DNA of 64,000 nucleotides. It comes from Bacilli bacterium (lineage in GTDB: Bacteria; Bacillota_I; Bacilli_A; RF39; UBA660). The notes under the pieces are model-generated. The model was not told where the DNA came from and did no database searches. It saw only the letters and a program-made list of their open reading frames with translations. The first letter of the stretch is position 1, and each line of letters opens with the position of its first letter. The DNA lies in assembly GCA_017938725.1 (NCBI GenBank), contig JAGBAW010000003.1, positions 2,980-66,979 on the forward strand, in the 5' to 3' direction. Shown here one piece after another: positions 20,844-31,110 of the stretch. The position numbers and the translations under genes were made by a program.

Positions 20844-21449
20844 ATGAAAATAATTTTAGCTTCATCCTCAAAACAAAGACAAGATATTTTAAAAATGATT
20901 GGATTAAAATATGAAATTATAACAAGTAATGTAGATGAATGTAGTATTGAATCAGAACCAGATAAATATGTAGAAGAACTTTCATTAAACAAAGCAAAAT
21001 CAGTTAGTAATCAAATTGATTATGATGCAATTATTATTGCAGCTGATACAATTGTTTATAGTAATAATAAAAAATATGAAAAACCAAAAACTAAAGAAGA
21101 TGCTTATAGTAATTTAAAGGAATTATCAGGAACTAAAAATTCAGCATATACAGGAATAACGATAATAGATTTATATAAAAATAAAACTATAACATTTTCC
21201 TCAAAAGTAGATGTTTATTTTAAAAATATATTAGATAATGAAATAGATTGGTATATTAATAATGAGGATAAACTATTTAAAAATTGTGGATATGTTCCTT
21301 TAGGTAAGGCATCTTTATTTATAGATAGAATAGACGGTGATTACAATACTCTATTAGGTATTTCGCCTAGTATAGTATTTGAAAAACTAAAAGGACTTGG
21401 ATATAGTATAACTGATTTTGATTTTGAAAAAGGAAATGAAACAAAATGA
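20844..21449 (+). CDS. Maf-family nucleoside-triphosphate pyrophosphatase-like protein
   Basis: N-terminal IILASSS..R..IL and overall Maf-like pattern. AGGAG RBS. Confidence 0.65.
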   Translation: MKIILASSSKQRQDILKMIGLKYEIITSNVDECSIESEPDKYVEELSLNKAKSVSNQIDYDAIIIAADTIVYSNNKKYEKPKTKEDAYSNLKELSGTKNSAYTGITIIDLYKNKTITFSSKVDVYFKNILDNEIDWYINNEDKLFKNCGYVPLGKASLFIDRIDGDYNTLLGISPSIVFEKLKGLGYSITDFDFEKGNETK

Positions 21450-21584
21450 AGAAAGTAAAAGTTTTACATCTACGTCGATTAACTGGTATAGTACGAATTA
21501 TCTAAACACTTATCAAGAGCATTGAAAAATCAATATTTTTGGAATTTTTAACTTTCGTATTTTGATAAAAATGCAGATGAATAT

Positions 21585-22200
21585 ATGTCAAATAATATTA
21601 TTGAAGTTCAAAATATTAAAGTAAATGTAACAAATATAAATGAAAAAGATTATATTTGTATTTCTGATATAGCAAAAGCTAAAAGTGATAAGTCACGTGC
21701 AGCTGATGTTATAAGAAATTAGTTACGTAATAGAAGTACGTTAGATTTTTTAACTGCTTGGGAACAATTATATAATCCAAATTTTAAAGTGTTCGAATCT
21801 GAACACTTTAGAAAACAAGTAGGATTATTAACATTTACACCAAGTGTTACTGACTGGTGTGAAAAAACAAATGCTATTGGAATATATGCCAAAATTGGGC
21901 AAATATGGTGGAACATATGCTCATAAAGACATTGCCTTTGAATTTGCATCAGCAATTAGTCCTGTTTTTAAATTATATTTAATAAAAGAATTTGAAAGAT
22001 TAAAAGATATAGAAAACCAAAATAGAGAATGGGATGTAAAAAGAATTTTAACAAAAAATAATTATTTAATACATACAGATGCTATTAAAAATTATATATT
22101 GCCTGATAATGATTATTATAAGAATAAAGAATGGTTAAAGTATGCAGAAGAAGCTGATATTTTGAATGTTGCGTTATTTAATACAACTGCTAAAAAAGTA
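21585..22200 (+). pseudogene. KilA-N domain protein, disrupted (in-frame TAG at 21718 where W is expected, +1 frameshift near 21897)
   Basis: NIKVNV..DYICISDIAKAK...AADVIRN-stop-LRNRSTLDFLTAWEQLYNPNFK then, after the frameshift, KYGGTYAHKDIAFEFASAISPVFKLYLIKEFERLK. This is the canonical KilA-N signature. Confidence 0.65.
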
Positions 22201-22203
22201 TCA

Positions 22204-22863
22204 AAAAATAATAAAGTTATCATTGCCGATTGTAAAAATATTGATAACAATTTTATTAAAAATAACTTTGATAACTATGAAAATGTATATTTTTTCAAAT
22301 GCGATATATCTAAAAAAGAAGATATTTTAACTTTAAAACAATATGTTTTAAATAATTTTAAAAAATTAGATTGTTTAGTTTGTTGTGCGGGGATAATGCC
22401 TTTGTCATGCAGCATTGATGATATAATAGCTAAAAATGTAGACAGAACAATAGATGTTAATTTAAAAGGTACCTTTAAAAGTTTAGATATACTTGGTAAC
22501 TTTATAAAAGAAACGTCCAAAATTGGTAGTATAGTAACCATATCTTCTGTTGATGGATTAATCGGAGAGCCGTATGGTGTTATTTATTCAACTACAAAAG
22601 CAGGAATTATTTCATTAACTAAATCATTTGCTAGATACTTTAAAGGTGACATTAGAGTAAATTGTGTTGCACCAGAACTTATAGATAAACCACTAACAGA
22701 CAGTACAGGATAAGACCCAAATTGGATAATTGACTATTCTATTATTAAAAGAATTGGTAAACCAGAAGAAATAGCGGATAGTATAATATTTTTATTATCT
22801 GATCAAGAATCATATATAACAGGTCAAGTATTAGTAGTAGATGGTGGTTTTATTTTAAAATAA
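22204..22863 (+). pseudogene. SDR-family dehydrogenase fragment (N-terminally truncated, frameshift near 22713)
   Basis: LVCCAGI...NLKGTF...ISSVDGLIGEPYGVIYSTTKAGIISLTKSFA (YxxxK) followed, in another frame, by [34 protein letters not shown]. Confidence 0.6.
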
Positions 22864-22954
22864 AAAATCAAGAGCAACCAAAATTAAGATAAAATTTAAG
22901 TGTTGTTTTGTATATAATTAGTATTTAATAATAAAATAAAAATGGAGGGATAAA

Positions 22955-23308
22955 ATGAATAATAATGAATATAAAAAGACTTTATCTGAAATTAGAACAA
23001 CATTAACAGAAACTACCAAACCTATTGATTATATAGATACTAGGAAGATGTCAAAAAAAGAAAAAGATAATTTAATAATAGAATTACAAAACAAAATTCA
23101 TAGTTTGCAAAGCCAGTTATTAATTAGAAAATCAGTTGATGAAAGATACATTAATGGATTAATTCAAAGTAAATATGATGAAACAATGAAATTAATTCAT
23201 AATCCAGTATTAACATTACCAAGTGGTACACAAATACAATTTAGTTCATTATCCTCTGAACAACTTGAATATTTAGAAAGTTTAGCCGAAAAGAAAAAGA
23301 AAATATAA
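22955..23308 (+). CDS. hypothetical protein (117 aa)
   Basis: ORF with GGAGG RBS. Coiled-coil-like. No motifs. Confidence 0.45.
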   Translation: MNNNEYKKTLSEIRTTLTETTKPIDYIDTRKMSKKEKDNLIIELQNKIHSLQSQLLIRKSVDERYINGLIQSKYDETMKLIHNPVLTLPSGTQIQFSSLSSEQLEYLESLAEKKKKI

Positions 23309-23417
23309 AATTTGTAAAAAAGTTGAGAAAAAACTCAACTTTTTAAGTTGATATAATAAAAACTTTATATTTTTTGATGCATTTGATGTATAATAGTCAA
23401 TACAAATGAGGTGGATT

Positions 23418-23711
23418 ATGATTGATAATGCACAAAAATATACAAAATTACCTTTGAATCCATCTGAAGTAATAAGAGCAAATGATTTATTTAACTCTAT
23501 AATTTTATATGATAAAACCGGTGAATATTCAAAGATAAAAGAAGAGACACAAAAATATTTAAATATAGCAAATAGTGGAGTATTTGAATATGAAAATTTG
23601 GCAGAAGTATATCCACCTATGGGAGAATTAATAAAAATGGAATTAGAAACACAAGATGTAAAAGAATTTACTAAAACAAAAACTTTTGAATTCATTAAAA
23701 ATATGTTGTAA
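23418..23711 (+). CDS. hypothetical protein (~97 aa)
   Basis: ORF with GAGGTGG RBS. Confidence 0.45.
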   Translation: MIDNAQKYTKLPLNPSEVIRANDLFNSIILYDKTGEYSKIKEETQKYLNIANSGVFEYENLAEVYPPMGELIKMELETQDVKEFTKTKTFEFIKNML

Positions 23712-23836
23712 TTTTTTGAATAACTTTGATTATTATTGAAATTTAGATTTTAATAATAATTTTTTTGTTTTGTAAAAATATCACCATATTAATATGGGTA
23801 TAATTATATTAATTAAGATTACTTGGAGGTTTGTAA

Positions 23837-24240
23837 TGAGAATAGGAATAGATATTGATGGCGTATTAACCGATATAGAACAATGGAAATTATATTATGG
23901 TATTAAGTTTTATTTTGAAAAATATAATAAATAAATATTAGATAATGAAGAGTATGAAACAACTGATATATTTAAAATTGATAGTAAATTAGATGAAGAA
24001 TTTTGGGAAAAATATTTTATAGAATACTCTATAAATGTTGATGTTAGAAAGTTTGCTAGTAAGGTTATAAAAAAAATAAAACAAAAAAAAGAAATAGAAG
24101 TAATTGATAGAAATATTATAATGGAATTTATTGATAATATATTTGTCTATGAAGATAGTAACATAAAAATAGTATTTAAAAATAATAATGAATTCTTAGA
24201 AGCATTAAAGTTTCTAAAATCACATAATTGTGTGATATAA
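23837..24240 (+). pseudogene. HAD-type 5'(3')-deoxyribonucleotidase-like gene remnant
   Basis: MRIGIDIDGVLTD start typical of the family, then a premature stop after 32 codons and further out-of-frame fragments. Confidence 0.4.
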
Positions 24241-24566
24241 TAGATTAGAAATTCGTCTTTATAAAAGATTTTTAATGAAGAATAATCTAAGGAGTGATTA
24301 ACATGGGTAAATGGGACAAATATAAAAAATAAAGATAAAGTAGAAAAAAATCAAAATAATGATGGTATCGCATCTAGTAATATCAACTCGTAAATGGAGA
24401 AATAAAGAAAACACCTTATAAATAAAGAAAAAGATATTAAATTCTTTTTATATATTTAAGGTTATTTCTGCTAAGAATTATTAAAAATATGGGGTAATGG
24501 AGACATAAGAAAAACTTTATATAAGACACTATATAAAATAAATAGTTAACAGAGGATGAGGTAATA

Positions 24567-25421
24567 ATGAAGAAAATAGGAGATAAATATACTAACAGTA
24601 CTTTTGAAAATATAAAGCATATTGATGATTATGGAAATGAATATTGGCTTGCACGTGAATTGCAAAAAGTGTTGGAATACAAAGAATGGAGAAATTTTAA
24701 AGTTGTAATAGATAAAGCCATAACGTCTTGTGAAAATAGCAAATTTAATGTTTTGGATCATTTTGTTGAGTTCAACAAAATGATAGAATTAGGTAAAACA
24801 GCAAAAAGAAAAATCATTGAATATAAACTTTCTAGATATGCTTGTTATTTAATAGTACAAAATGCGGATCCTAATAAAGAAGTTATTGCCTTGGGACAAA
24901 CATATTTTGCTATTCAAACAAGGAAACAAGAAATAACAGAACAAGAATATGATTCTTTATCAGATGATGAAAAAAGATTCTACCAAAGAAAATTAACAAA
25001 ACAAGGAAATTATACGCTCCAAAAAGTTGCATCATCTGCTGGCGTTAAAAATATGGCTGAATTTCATAATGCAGGATATAGAGGATTATATAATGGTGAA
25101 ACTGCTAATGATATTTTTAAAAGAAAAAAATTGCGCTATAGAGAAGATATTTTAGATAATATGAATGAAGATGAATTAGTTGCTAATTTATTTAGAATAA
25201 ACCAAACTAAGCAAAGACTTTTGAAAGATAATGTACAAGGTGAAAAAGAAGCAAAGGATGTGCATTATGAAGTTGGTAAAAAAGTTAGAAAAGCGATTGC
25301 GGATATTGGTGGAATGATGCCTGAAGAAATGCCAACACCCAAAAAGAGTCTGAAAGATCTTGAAAGAGAAAAGAAACAATTAGAAAATAAGGAAAAAAAG
25401 AAACTTGAAGTAACAAAATGA
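24567..25421 (+). CDS. DNA-damage-inducible protein D (DinD)-like / Bro-N-like protein
   Basis: GNEYWLARELQKVLEYKEWRNF...AKRKIIEYKLSRYACYLIVQNADP pattern typical of DinD-like phage-associated proteins. Confidence 0.6.
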   Translation: MKKIGDKYTNSTFENIKHIDDYGNEYWLARELQKVLEYKEWRNFKVVIDKAITSCENSKFNVLDHFVEFNKMIELGKTAKRKIIEYKLSRYACYLIVQNADPNKEVIALGQTYFAIQTRKQEITEQEYDSLSDDEKRFYQRKLTKQGNYTLQKVASSAGVKNMAEFHNAGYRGLYNGETANDIFKRKKLRYREDILDNMNEDELVANLFRINQTKQRLLKDNVQGEKEAKDVHYEVGKKVRKAIADIGGMMPEEMPTPKKSLKDLEREKKQLENKEKKKLEVTK

Positions 25422-25457
25422 GAAAAACAATTATATGAGTTATGACAGAAAACGAAT

Positions 25458-25748
25458 GTGAGATTTAATAATATGAAAAAATATAATATAAAAAAATTAA
25501 GAGAAAAATTAGAACATTGTAGAAATGTAAATCTTGATGATGTAAAATTAGAAGATGTTGATGAATTAACTTCTATAAAAATAGATAGAAGAAAATCTAG
25601 TGAGGAAAGAATATTAGATTTTATTATGAAAGTAAAAAATCCTTATATATTTAAGATAAATGGGAGGTTAGTTAGAATTAGATTCTCAGATACTGATAAA
25701 ACAGCAGAAGATTGTCTTACCAGAGTTTTAGAAAATTTATATAGATGA
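25458..25748 (+). CDS. hypothetical protein (96 aa); its 3' ~185 bp constitute L-repeat copy 2
   Basis: Intact ORF. Its C-terminal 60 aa are duplicated as a start-less fragment at 20006..20190. Confidence 0.55.
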   Translation: MRFNNMKKYNIKKLREKLEHCRNVNLDDVKLEDVDELTSIKIDRRKSSEERILDFIMKVKNPYIFKINGRLVRIRFSDTDKTAEDCLTRVLENLYR

Positions 25749-25837
25749 AGAGCAGTTAAGTTCTGGTTGTTTAGGTTGGTTTAAAAAAAATTATGTATGC
25801 TCTATGTCAAGAGGAAAAATGAAAGGAGTTTATTTAA

Positions 25838-26293
25838 ATGGATGTTAATAAAATTATTAACGAATTGAATTTAAGAGTTCCTAGTATTGTAAAAGGAATA
25901 AAATTAGTTAAGTTTCAATATTGTGCTAGCCAAGATTTTGTTGCTTTATTTTATATAGATACTATATTTTATACAGATAGACTATTCTTAGAGTTTAATC
26001 ATGAAGAACAATTATTTATAGTGGCACACGAGGCTATGCATTTTATGATAAGAGAACAAAAACGAGATTTAAAAAATAATAATAAAAATGAAGAATTGTT
26101 AAATTATGTTGAAGATGCATGGATTAATCAATTATTAATAAAATTGGGGTTAACTCCTCCTAAAGATGTTGTATTGATAGAAGATGCATTAAATTATAGT
26201 ATTGATGAACTTTATAAAATGTATTTACTTAGAATAAATGAGGTAAAAAGTTATTTTTGTCCAGTGGATATTGATAGTATTATAAAGAAATAA
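25838..26293 (+). CDS. hypothetical protein with HExxH motif (putative small metallopeptidase-like), variable gene of cassette unit 2
   Basis: IVAHEAMHFM motif. AAAGGAG RBS. Confidence 0.5.
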   Translation: MDVNKIINELNLRVPSIVKGIKLVKFQYCASQDFVALFYIDTIFYTDRLFLEFNHEEQLFIVAHEAMHFMIREQKRDLKNNNKNEELLNYVEDAWINQLLIKLGLTPPKDVVLIEDALNYSIDELYKMYLLRINEVKSYFCPVDIDSIIKK

Positions 26294-26297
26294 AGGA

Positions 26298-26351
26298 AGT
26301 GATAATAATGAATAATAGTAATCGACAAAATTCGACAAATATAAACTGGTA
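26298..26351 (+). repeat. R-repeat copy 2 (native rbgA ribosome-binding/start region)
   Basis: Matches 20705..20751. Confidence 0.55.
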
Positions 26352-27177
26352 TCCCGGCCACATGGCTAAAACCAAAAGGCAAATAAAAGAAAAAATAGAA
26401 TTAATAGATATAATTTATGAGGTAATTGATGCTAGAATACCTATTTCATCAAAAATAAAGGATATAGATGATATAGTTAAAAATAAACCAAGAATTATAA
26501 TAATGACTAAAGGTGATCTATGTGATTTAAATAAAACAAATAAACATATTAGATATTATGAAGATTTGGGTTATAAAGTAGTACTTGTAGATTTAGTAAA
26601 TAATAAAAATTTAGATAAAATTAAAACTGTTACTGATGAGGTTCTAAGAGAAATAAATAAAAAAAGAGAAGAAAAGGGGTTAAAAACAAGAACAGCAAGA
26701 GCTCTTATAATAGGAATACCTAACGTAGGTAAATCAACATTAATAAATAGACTTGCAGGTAAAAAGGTAGTAAATGTTGGAGATAGACCAGGTGTAACAA
26801 AACAACTATCTTGGATAAGAATTAGTAAAGATGTAGATTTAATGGATTCACCAGGTATTTTATGGCCTAAAATTGATAATGAAACTCAGGCACTTAAACT
26901 TGCATGTTTTTCAGCAATAAAAGAAGAAATACTTCCTATTGATGAAGTTGCATGTTATATACTTAAATATATGTTTAATAATTATAAAGATAATTTAAAT
27001 GAAAGATATGGAAAAATTACCTTAGAAGAGGATGATTATTCTCTAGCATATGATGCGATAGGAAGAAAAAGAGGATGTATTCTAAGAGGTAATGAAGTAG
27101 ATTATGATAAAGTATCTAATTTAATAATTAGAGATTTAAATGAAGGCTATTTAGGCAAGGTGACATTTGATGATTAA
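26299..27177 (+). CDS. rbgA: ribosome biogenesis GTPase A (YlqF/RbgA)
   Basis: NWYPGHMAK N-terminus; circularly permuted GTPase motifs GIPNVGKST and DSPG. Confidence 0.9.
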   Translation: MIIMNNSNRQNSTNINWYPGHMAKTKRQIKEKIELIDIIYEVIDARIPISSKIKDIDDIVKNKPRIIIMTKGDLCDLNKTNKHIRYYEDLGYKVVLVDLVNNKNLDKIKTVTDEVLREINKKREEKGLKTRTARALIIGIPNVGKSTLINRLAGKKVVNVGDRPGVTKQLSWIRISKDVDLMDSPGILWPKIDNETQALKLACFSAIKEEILPIDEVACYILKYMFNNYKDNLNERYGKITLEEDDYSLAYDAIGRKRGCILRGNEVDYDKVSNLIIRDLNEGYLGKVTFDD

Positions 27178-27808
27178 TATGACAGAATATGAAGAAAAAT
27201 TATATAATGAAGGATATAGTTTTATTGGTGGATGTGATGAAGCTGGTAGAGGTCCACTTGTTGGTCCTGTTGTCGCAGGCTGTGTAGTATTTCCTAAAGG
27301 ATATAAAAATGAATTAATAAATGACTCTAAAAAATTAACTGAGAAGAAAAGAGAACAATTATATGATATAATAATTAATGATGCCTTGGCATATGGAATT
27401 GGTATTGTATCTTCTAAGGAAATAGATGAAATAAATATCCTTGAGGCATCAAGAAAAGCAATGATACTTGCATATAATGAAGCAAATAAAAAAATTAATA
27501 TTGACTATTTATTGACAGATGCGATGAAAATTAGTACACTAAATATTCCTGTATTGGATATAATTAAAGGAGATGCAAAAAGTGTAACTATTGCGGCTGC
27601 ATCTATAATAGCTAAAGTAACAAGAGATAGGATTCTTTATGATTTAGATTCTAAATATCCTGAATACGAATTTAGAAAGCATAAAGGCTATCCAACAAAA
27701 AGACATTTAGAATTAATTGAAAAATATGGAGTATTTGAAGAGTATAGAACAACATATAAACCTGTAAAAAATATAATTGATAGAGGAATATTTAAAAAAA
27801 AGGGCTAA
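27167..27808 (+). CDS. rnhB: ribonuclease HII
   Basis: GCDEAGRGPLVGPVV catalytic motif. Confidence 0.9.
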   Translation: MMINMTEYEEKLYNEGYSFIGGCDEAGRGPLVGPVVAGCVVFPKGYKNELINDSKKLTEKKREQLYDIIINDALAYGIGIVSSKEIDEINILEASRKAMILAYNEANKKINIDYLLTDAMKISTLNIPVLDIIKGDAKSVTIAAASIIAKVTRDRILYDLDSKYPEYEFRKHKGYPTKRHLELIEKYGVFEEYRTTYKPVKNIIDRGIFKKKG

Positions 27809-27833
27809 TAATATATTAGGAAGGAATGATTAA

Positions 27834-29864
27834 ATGGGAAAAAATTTAGTTATAGTTGAATCACCAGCTAAAAGTAAAACTATTGAAAAATATTTAGGTG
27901 ATGGGTACAAAGTATTATCATCTAAAGGACACATTAGAGATTTAGCTACTTCTGGTAAATATGGTTTTGGTGTAGATATAGAAAATGGATTTAAACCAAC
28001 ATATGAACCAATTAAGGGAAAGAAAAAAGATATAACAGCACTAAAAAAAGAAGTAAAAGCATCTGATAAAGTATATTTAGCAACCGACCCTGATCGTGAA
28101 GGAGAAGCAATTTCTTGGCATTTAAAAGATGCCCTTGATATTGATGATAATAATTATGAAAGAATAGTATTTAATGAAATAACTAAAGATGCAGTAGTAA
28201 ATTCATTTAAAAATGCAAGAAAAATAGATGAATTAATGGTTAGAAGTCAGGAAACTAGAAGAATATTAGATAGAATTATTGGTTTTAGATTAAGCAAACT
28301 TATGCAATCTAAAACTGGTGGTAAAAGTGCTGGTAGAGTTCAATCAGTTGCACTTAAGTTAATAGTGGACAGGGAAAGAGAAATTGAAAAATTTATTCCT
28401 GAAGAGTATTGGACTATTAAAGCAATATTTCCTGATTTTGAAGCAAACTTATTTGGATATATTGATGATAAAAAATTAGAGATAAAAAATGAATTGGAAT
28501 CAAAGAAAATAATTAATAAACTTTCCAATAGTTATAAGATAGAATCTACAGAAAAGAAAAATAAGAATAAATCAAGTAAACCACCATTTATAACAAGTAC
28601 AATGCAGCAAGAAGCTGCAAATAAATTAAATTTTTCATCTAAGAAAACAATGAGTGTAGCTCAAAAATTATATGAAGGTATTAATATTGGAAGTGAAACA
28701 GTAGGTTTAATTACATATATGAGAACTGATTCTATTCGTTTATCAAATGATTTTATTTCTAGTACTCTTAAGTATATTGAAGTAAATTATGGTAAAGAAT
28801 ATGTTGGAAAAGTAAAAACACAAAAAAAGAGTGAAAATGTTCAAGATGCCCATGAAGCAATTAGACCAACTAGTATACTTAGAACTCCAGATAGTATAAA
28901 GGAGTATTTAACTACTGATGAATATAAACTTTATAAACTAATATATTATAGAGCACTTGCATCCTTAATGAAAGAAGCAAAACAAGCTACAACTACAGTA
29001 GTTCTTGATAATAATGATTATAAATTTAAAGCTACAGGAACAGTTACAACATTTGATGGTTATATGAAAGTATATAAAGAGTATGAAAAAACTGAGGATA
29101 GTATATTACCTGATTTTGCAAAATATAATTCAGATGTAATAATTACAGATAAAGTAGAAGAAAAGCAACACTTTACGGAAGCTCCAGCAAGATACTCTGA
29201 ATCATCTTTAATTAAGGAAATGGAAAAATTAGGTATTGGCAGACCATCTACATATGCTACTACAATATCTACAATAGTGGATAGAGGATATGTAAATATT
29301 GTAGATAAAAGATTTAATCCAACTAAAATAGGGGTAGAAACAACAGATAAACTACAAGAATTTTTTAGTAATTTAATAAATGTTAAATATACTGCTAAAA
29401 TGGAAGAGGATTTAGATAATATCGCATCAGGAGAAATAATTTGGAATGAATTATTAGAAGAATTTTATAAGGAGTTTGAACCAATGGTAAAAGATGCATT
29501 TGATAATATGGAGAAAAAAGAACCAGAAAAAACTGGAGATATATGTCCAGAATGTGGAAAAGAACTAGTAAAAAGAAATGGAAGATATGGGGAATTTATC
29601 GCATGTTCTAACTACCCAGAATGTAAATATATTAAAAAGGAAGAGAAAAAACAAGTAGAAGTATGTGACTGCATAAAATGCGGAAGTAAAATAGTAGAGA
29701 GAAAAACAAAAAAGGGTAAGGTATTTTATGGATGTTCAAATTTTCCAAAATGTAAAGAAGCATATTGGGATAAACCAATAGGAAAATTATGCCCAGAATG
29801 TAATAATATGCTTGTTGAAAAAAATGATATTATAAAATGCTCAGCATGTGATTATAAGGAATAG
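27834..29864 (+). CDS. topA: DNA topoisomerase I
   Basis: TOPRIM N-terminus (LVIVESPAKSKTI), catalytic Tyr region, C-terminal C4 zinc ribbons. Confidence 0.95.
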   Translation: MGKNLVIVESPAKSKTIEKYLGDGYKVLSSKGHIRDLATSGKYGFGVDIENGFKPTYEPIKGKKKDITALKKEVKASDKVYLATDPDREGEAISWHLKDALDIDDNNYERIVFNEITKDAVVNSFKNARKIDELMVRSQETRRILDRIIGFRLSKLMQSKTGGKSAGRVQSVALKLIVDREREIEKFIPEEYWTIKAIFPDFEANLFGYIDDKKLEIKNELESKKIINKLSNSYKIESTEKKNKNKSSKPPFITSTMQQEAANKLNFSSKKTMSVAQKLYEGINIGSETVGLITYMRTDSIRLSNDFISSTLKYIEVNYGKEYVGKVKTQKKSENVQDAHEAIRPTSILRTPDSIKEYLTTDEYKLYKLIYYRALASLMKEAKQATTTVVLDNNDYKFKATGTVTTFDGYMKVYKEYEKTEDSILPDFAKYNSDVIITDKVEEKQHFTEAPARYSESSLIKEMEKLGIGRPSTYATTISTIVDRGYVNIVDKRFNPTKIGVETTDKLQEFFSNLINVKYTAKMEEDLDNIASGEIIWNELLEEFYKEFEPMVKDAFDNMEKKEPEKTGDICPECGKELVKRNGRYGEFIACSNYPECKYIKKEEKKQVEVCDCIKCGSKIVERKTKKGKVFYGCSNFPKCKEAYWDKPIGKLCPECNNMLVEKNDIIKCSACDYKE

Positions 29865-29960
29865 AAAGCTATTTCTTTTTTTGTATGATAATTACTATAG
29901 TCACTATATTTTGACAAATTAGGATGCATATGTTAATATATTGCGGTAAAAAAAGGAGTT

Positions 29961-30587
29961 ATGTTTATGTGTATAGAAAATTTCCATTTTGGGTCATTAG
30001 AATATGAACTTTATGATAATGATTTTATAGATTCTTTAAGAGATAAAACTTGTAATGGAATACCACTTCATATACTTGCTCTTTCTTATTATTTATGTAG
30101 AAAAAATTGTCATTTTGTCACGGTACAATTAACAACAGGTATGGATAAGTTCAATCTTGTTAGAGGAAATGTATCTAGTTGGGCTTATGATATAGATGGA
30201 AATCATAGCTGGATAGAAAAAGATGGCTTTGTATATGATACGACGAAGGGAGTTAAATTTAAAAAAGAATATTATTATGAAATATTTAATCCCCAAATAA
30301 TAAGGGCATTAAACGAGGATAATTATATTGATGATAATATTTATATGTATTTTTTAATTTCTGGTATGCAGGATGTTGAAAATGAAAGAAGAAATTTGGA
30401 ATTAACATTCAAAATGTTAGAGTATTTAGAAAAATTAAAACCAACTATTAATGGAAAGAGATTATTAAATGAAATAGAAAAATATAGAATAGAAAATCCA
30501 TATAATGAAAAATTACCTGAGGAAATAGTAAAAAAATATATAAATGATATGGCACCTAGTTGCTTAGAGGGAGTAATGTTATATTAA
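29961..30587 (+). CDS. transglutaminase-like (papain-fold) domain protein, tentative
   Basis: Cys...HSWIEKDGFVYD arrangement resembles the Cys-His-Asp core (H-x-W-x-E...G-x-x-Y-D) of transglutaminase-like cysteine peptidases. Confidence 0.45.
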   Translation: MFMCIENFHFGSLEYELYDNDFIDSLRDKTCNGIPLHILALSYYLCRKNCHFVTVQLTTGMDKFNLVRGNVSSWAYDIDGNHSWIEKDGFVYDTTKGVKFKKEYYYEIFNPQIIRALNEDNYIDDNIYMYFLISGMQDVENERRNLELTFKMLEYLEKLKPTINGKRLLNEIEKYRIENPYNEKLPEEIVKKYINDMAPSCLEGVMLY

Positions 30588-30639
30588 ATAGTAATGTGAA
30601 ATAAAAACATATTGACATAAACTCTTAAAAAAAGTACAA

Positions 30640-30849
30640 TATATTTATAAAAGCATTGATGAAAGATTAGTAATAAGAAATATTTATTTTATAGAGAATC
30701 AGTATTTGGTGAAAACTGATAATAAATAACTTATGAATCTACTTTCTAGTGAAGTTAATAGCTTCCGGTTAAAGCCGTTATCTAAATTAAGTTAAATAAA
30801 GGATGGTACCGCCGTTTAGGCTCCTTATAAGTATCATCCTTTTTGTTTT
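30640..30849 (+). promoter_or_regulatory. T-box riboswitch leader (Ser) upstream of DUF1653-serS
   Basis: AGAGA-type stem I elements. T-box sequence AAAGGATGGTACCGCC, overlapping a terminator hairpin (AGGATG...CATCCT) plus TTTTGTTTT. Confidence 0.65.
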
Positions 30850-30861
30850 ATAGGAGGGAAA

Positions 30862-31110
30862 ATGAGAGAGGTAAGACCAAATACAATATATAGACATTTT
30901 AAGGGATCAAAAGCTTTTGTAATTACAATAGCAAAACATAGTGAAACAGGTGAAGACTTAGTGATTTATTGTTGCGTTGATAATGAAAATACAAATCACA
31001 AGGATGGAATTTATGCAAGACCACTTAGCATGTTTTTATCAGAAGTTGATCATAAAAAATATCCAGAAGTTAAACAAAAATATAGGTTTGAATTAATAGA
31101 GGAGGAATAA
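30862..31110 (+). CDS. DUF1653-like small protein
   Basis: 82-aa ORF with strong RBS, co-transcribed with serS. The TIYRHFKG...YVVI..A..SETGE..VIY pattern is typical of DUF1653. Confidence 0.5.
   Translation: MREVRPNTIYRHFKGSKAFVITIAKHSETGEDLVIYCCVDNENTNHKDGIYARPLSMFLSEVDHKKYPEVKQKYRFELIEEE

Noticed and set aside
21779-21800. AGTGTTCGAATCTGAACACT palindrome resembling a tRNA T-arm (TTCGAATC)
   Set aside because: It lies inside the KilA-N coding frame (KVFESEHF) with no flanking acceptor or anticodon arms, so it is not a tRNA. No tRNA, rRNA or CRISPR repeats were found anywhere in the window.
24300-24420. Mini-ORFs with RBS (MGKWDKYKK-stop and others) between the HAD fragment and the DinD-like gene
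   Set aside because: Too short and out of frame with each other. Most likely further debris of a decayed gene rather than functional peptides.
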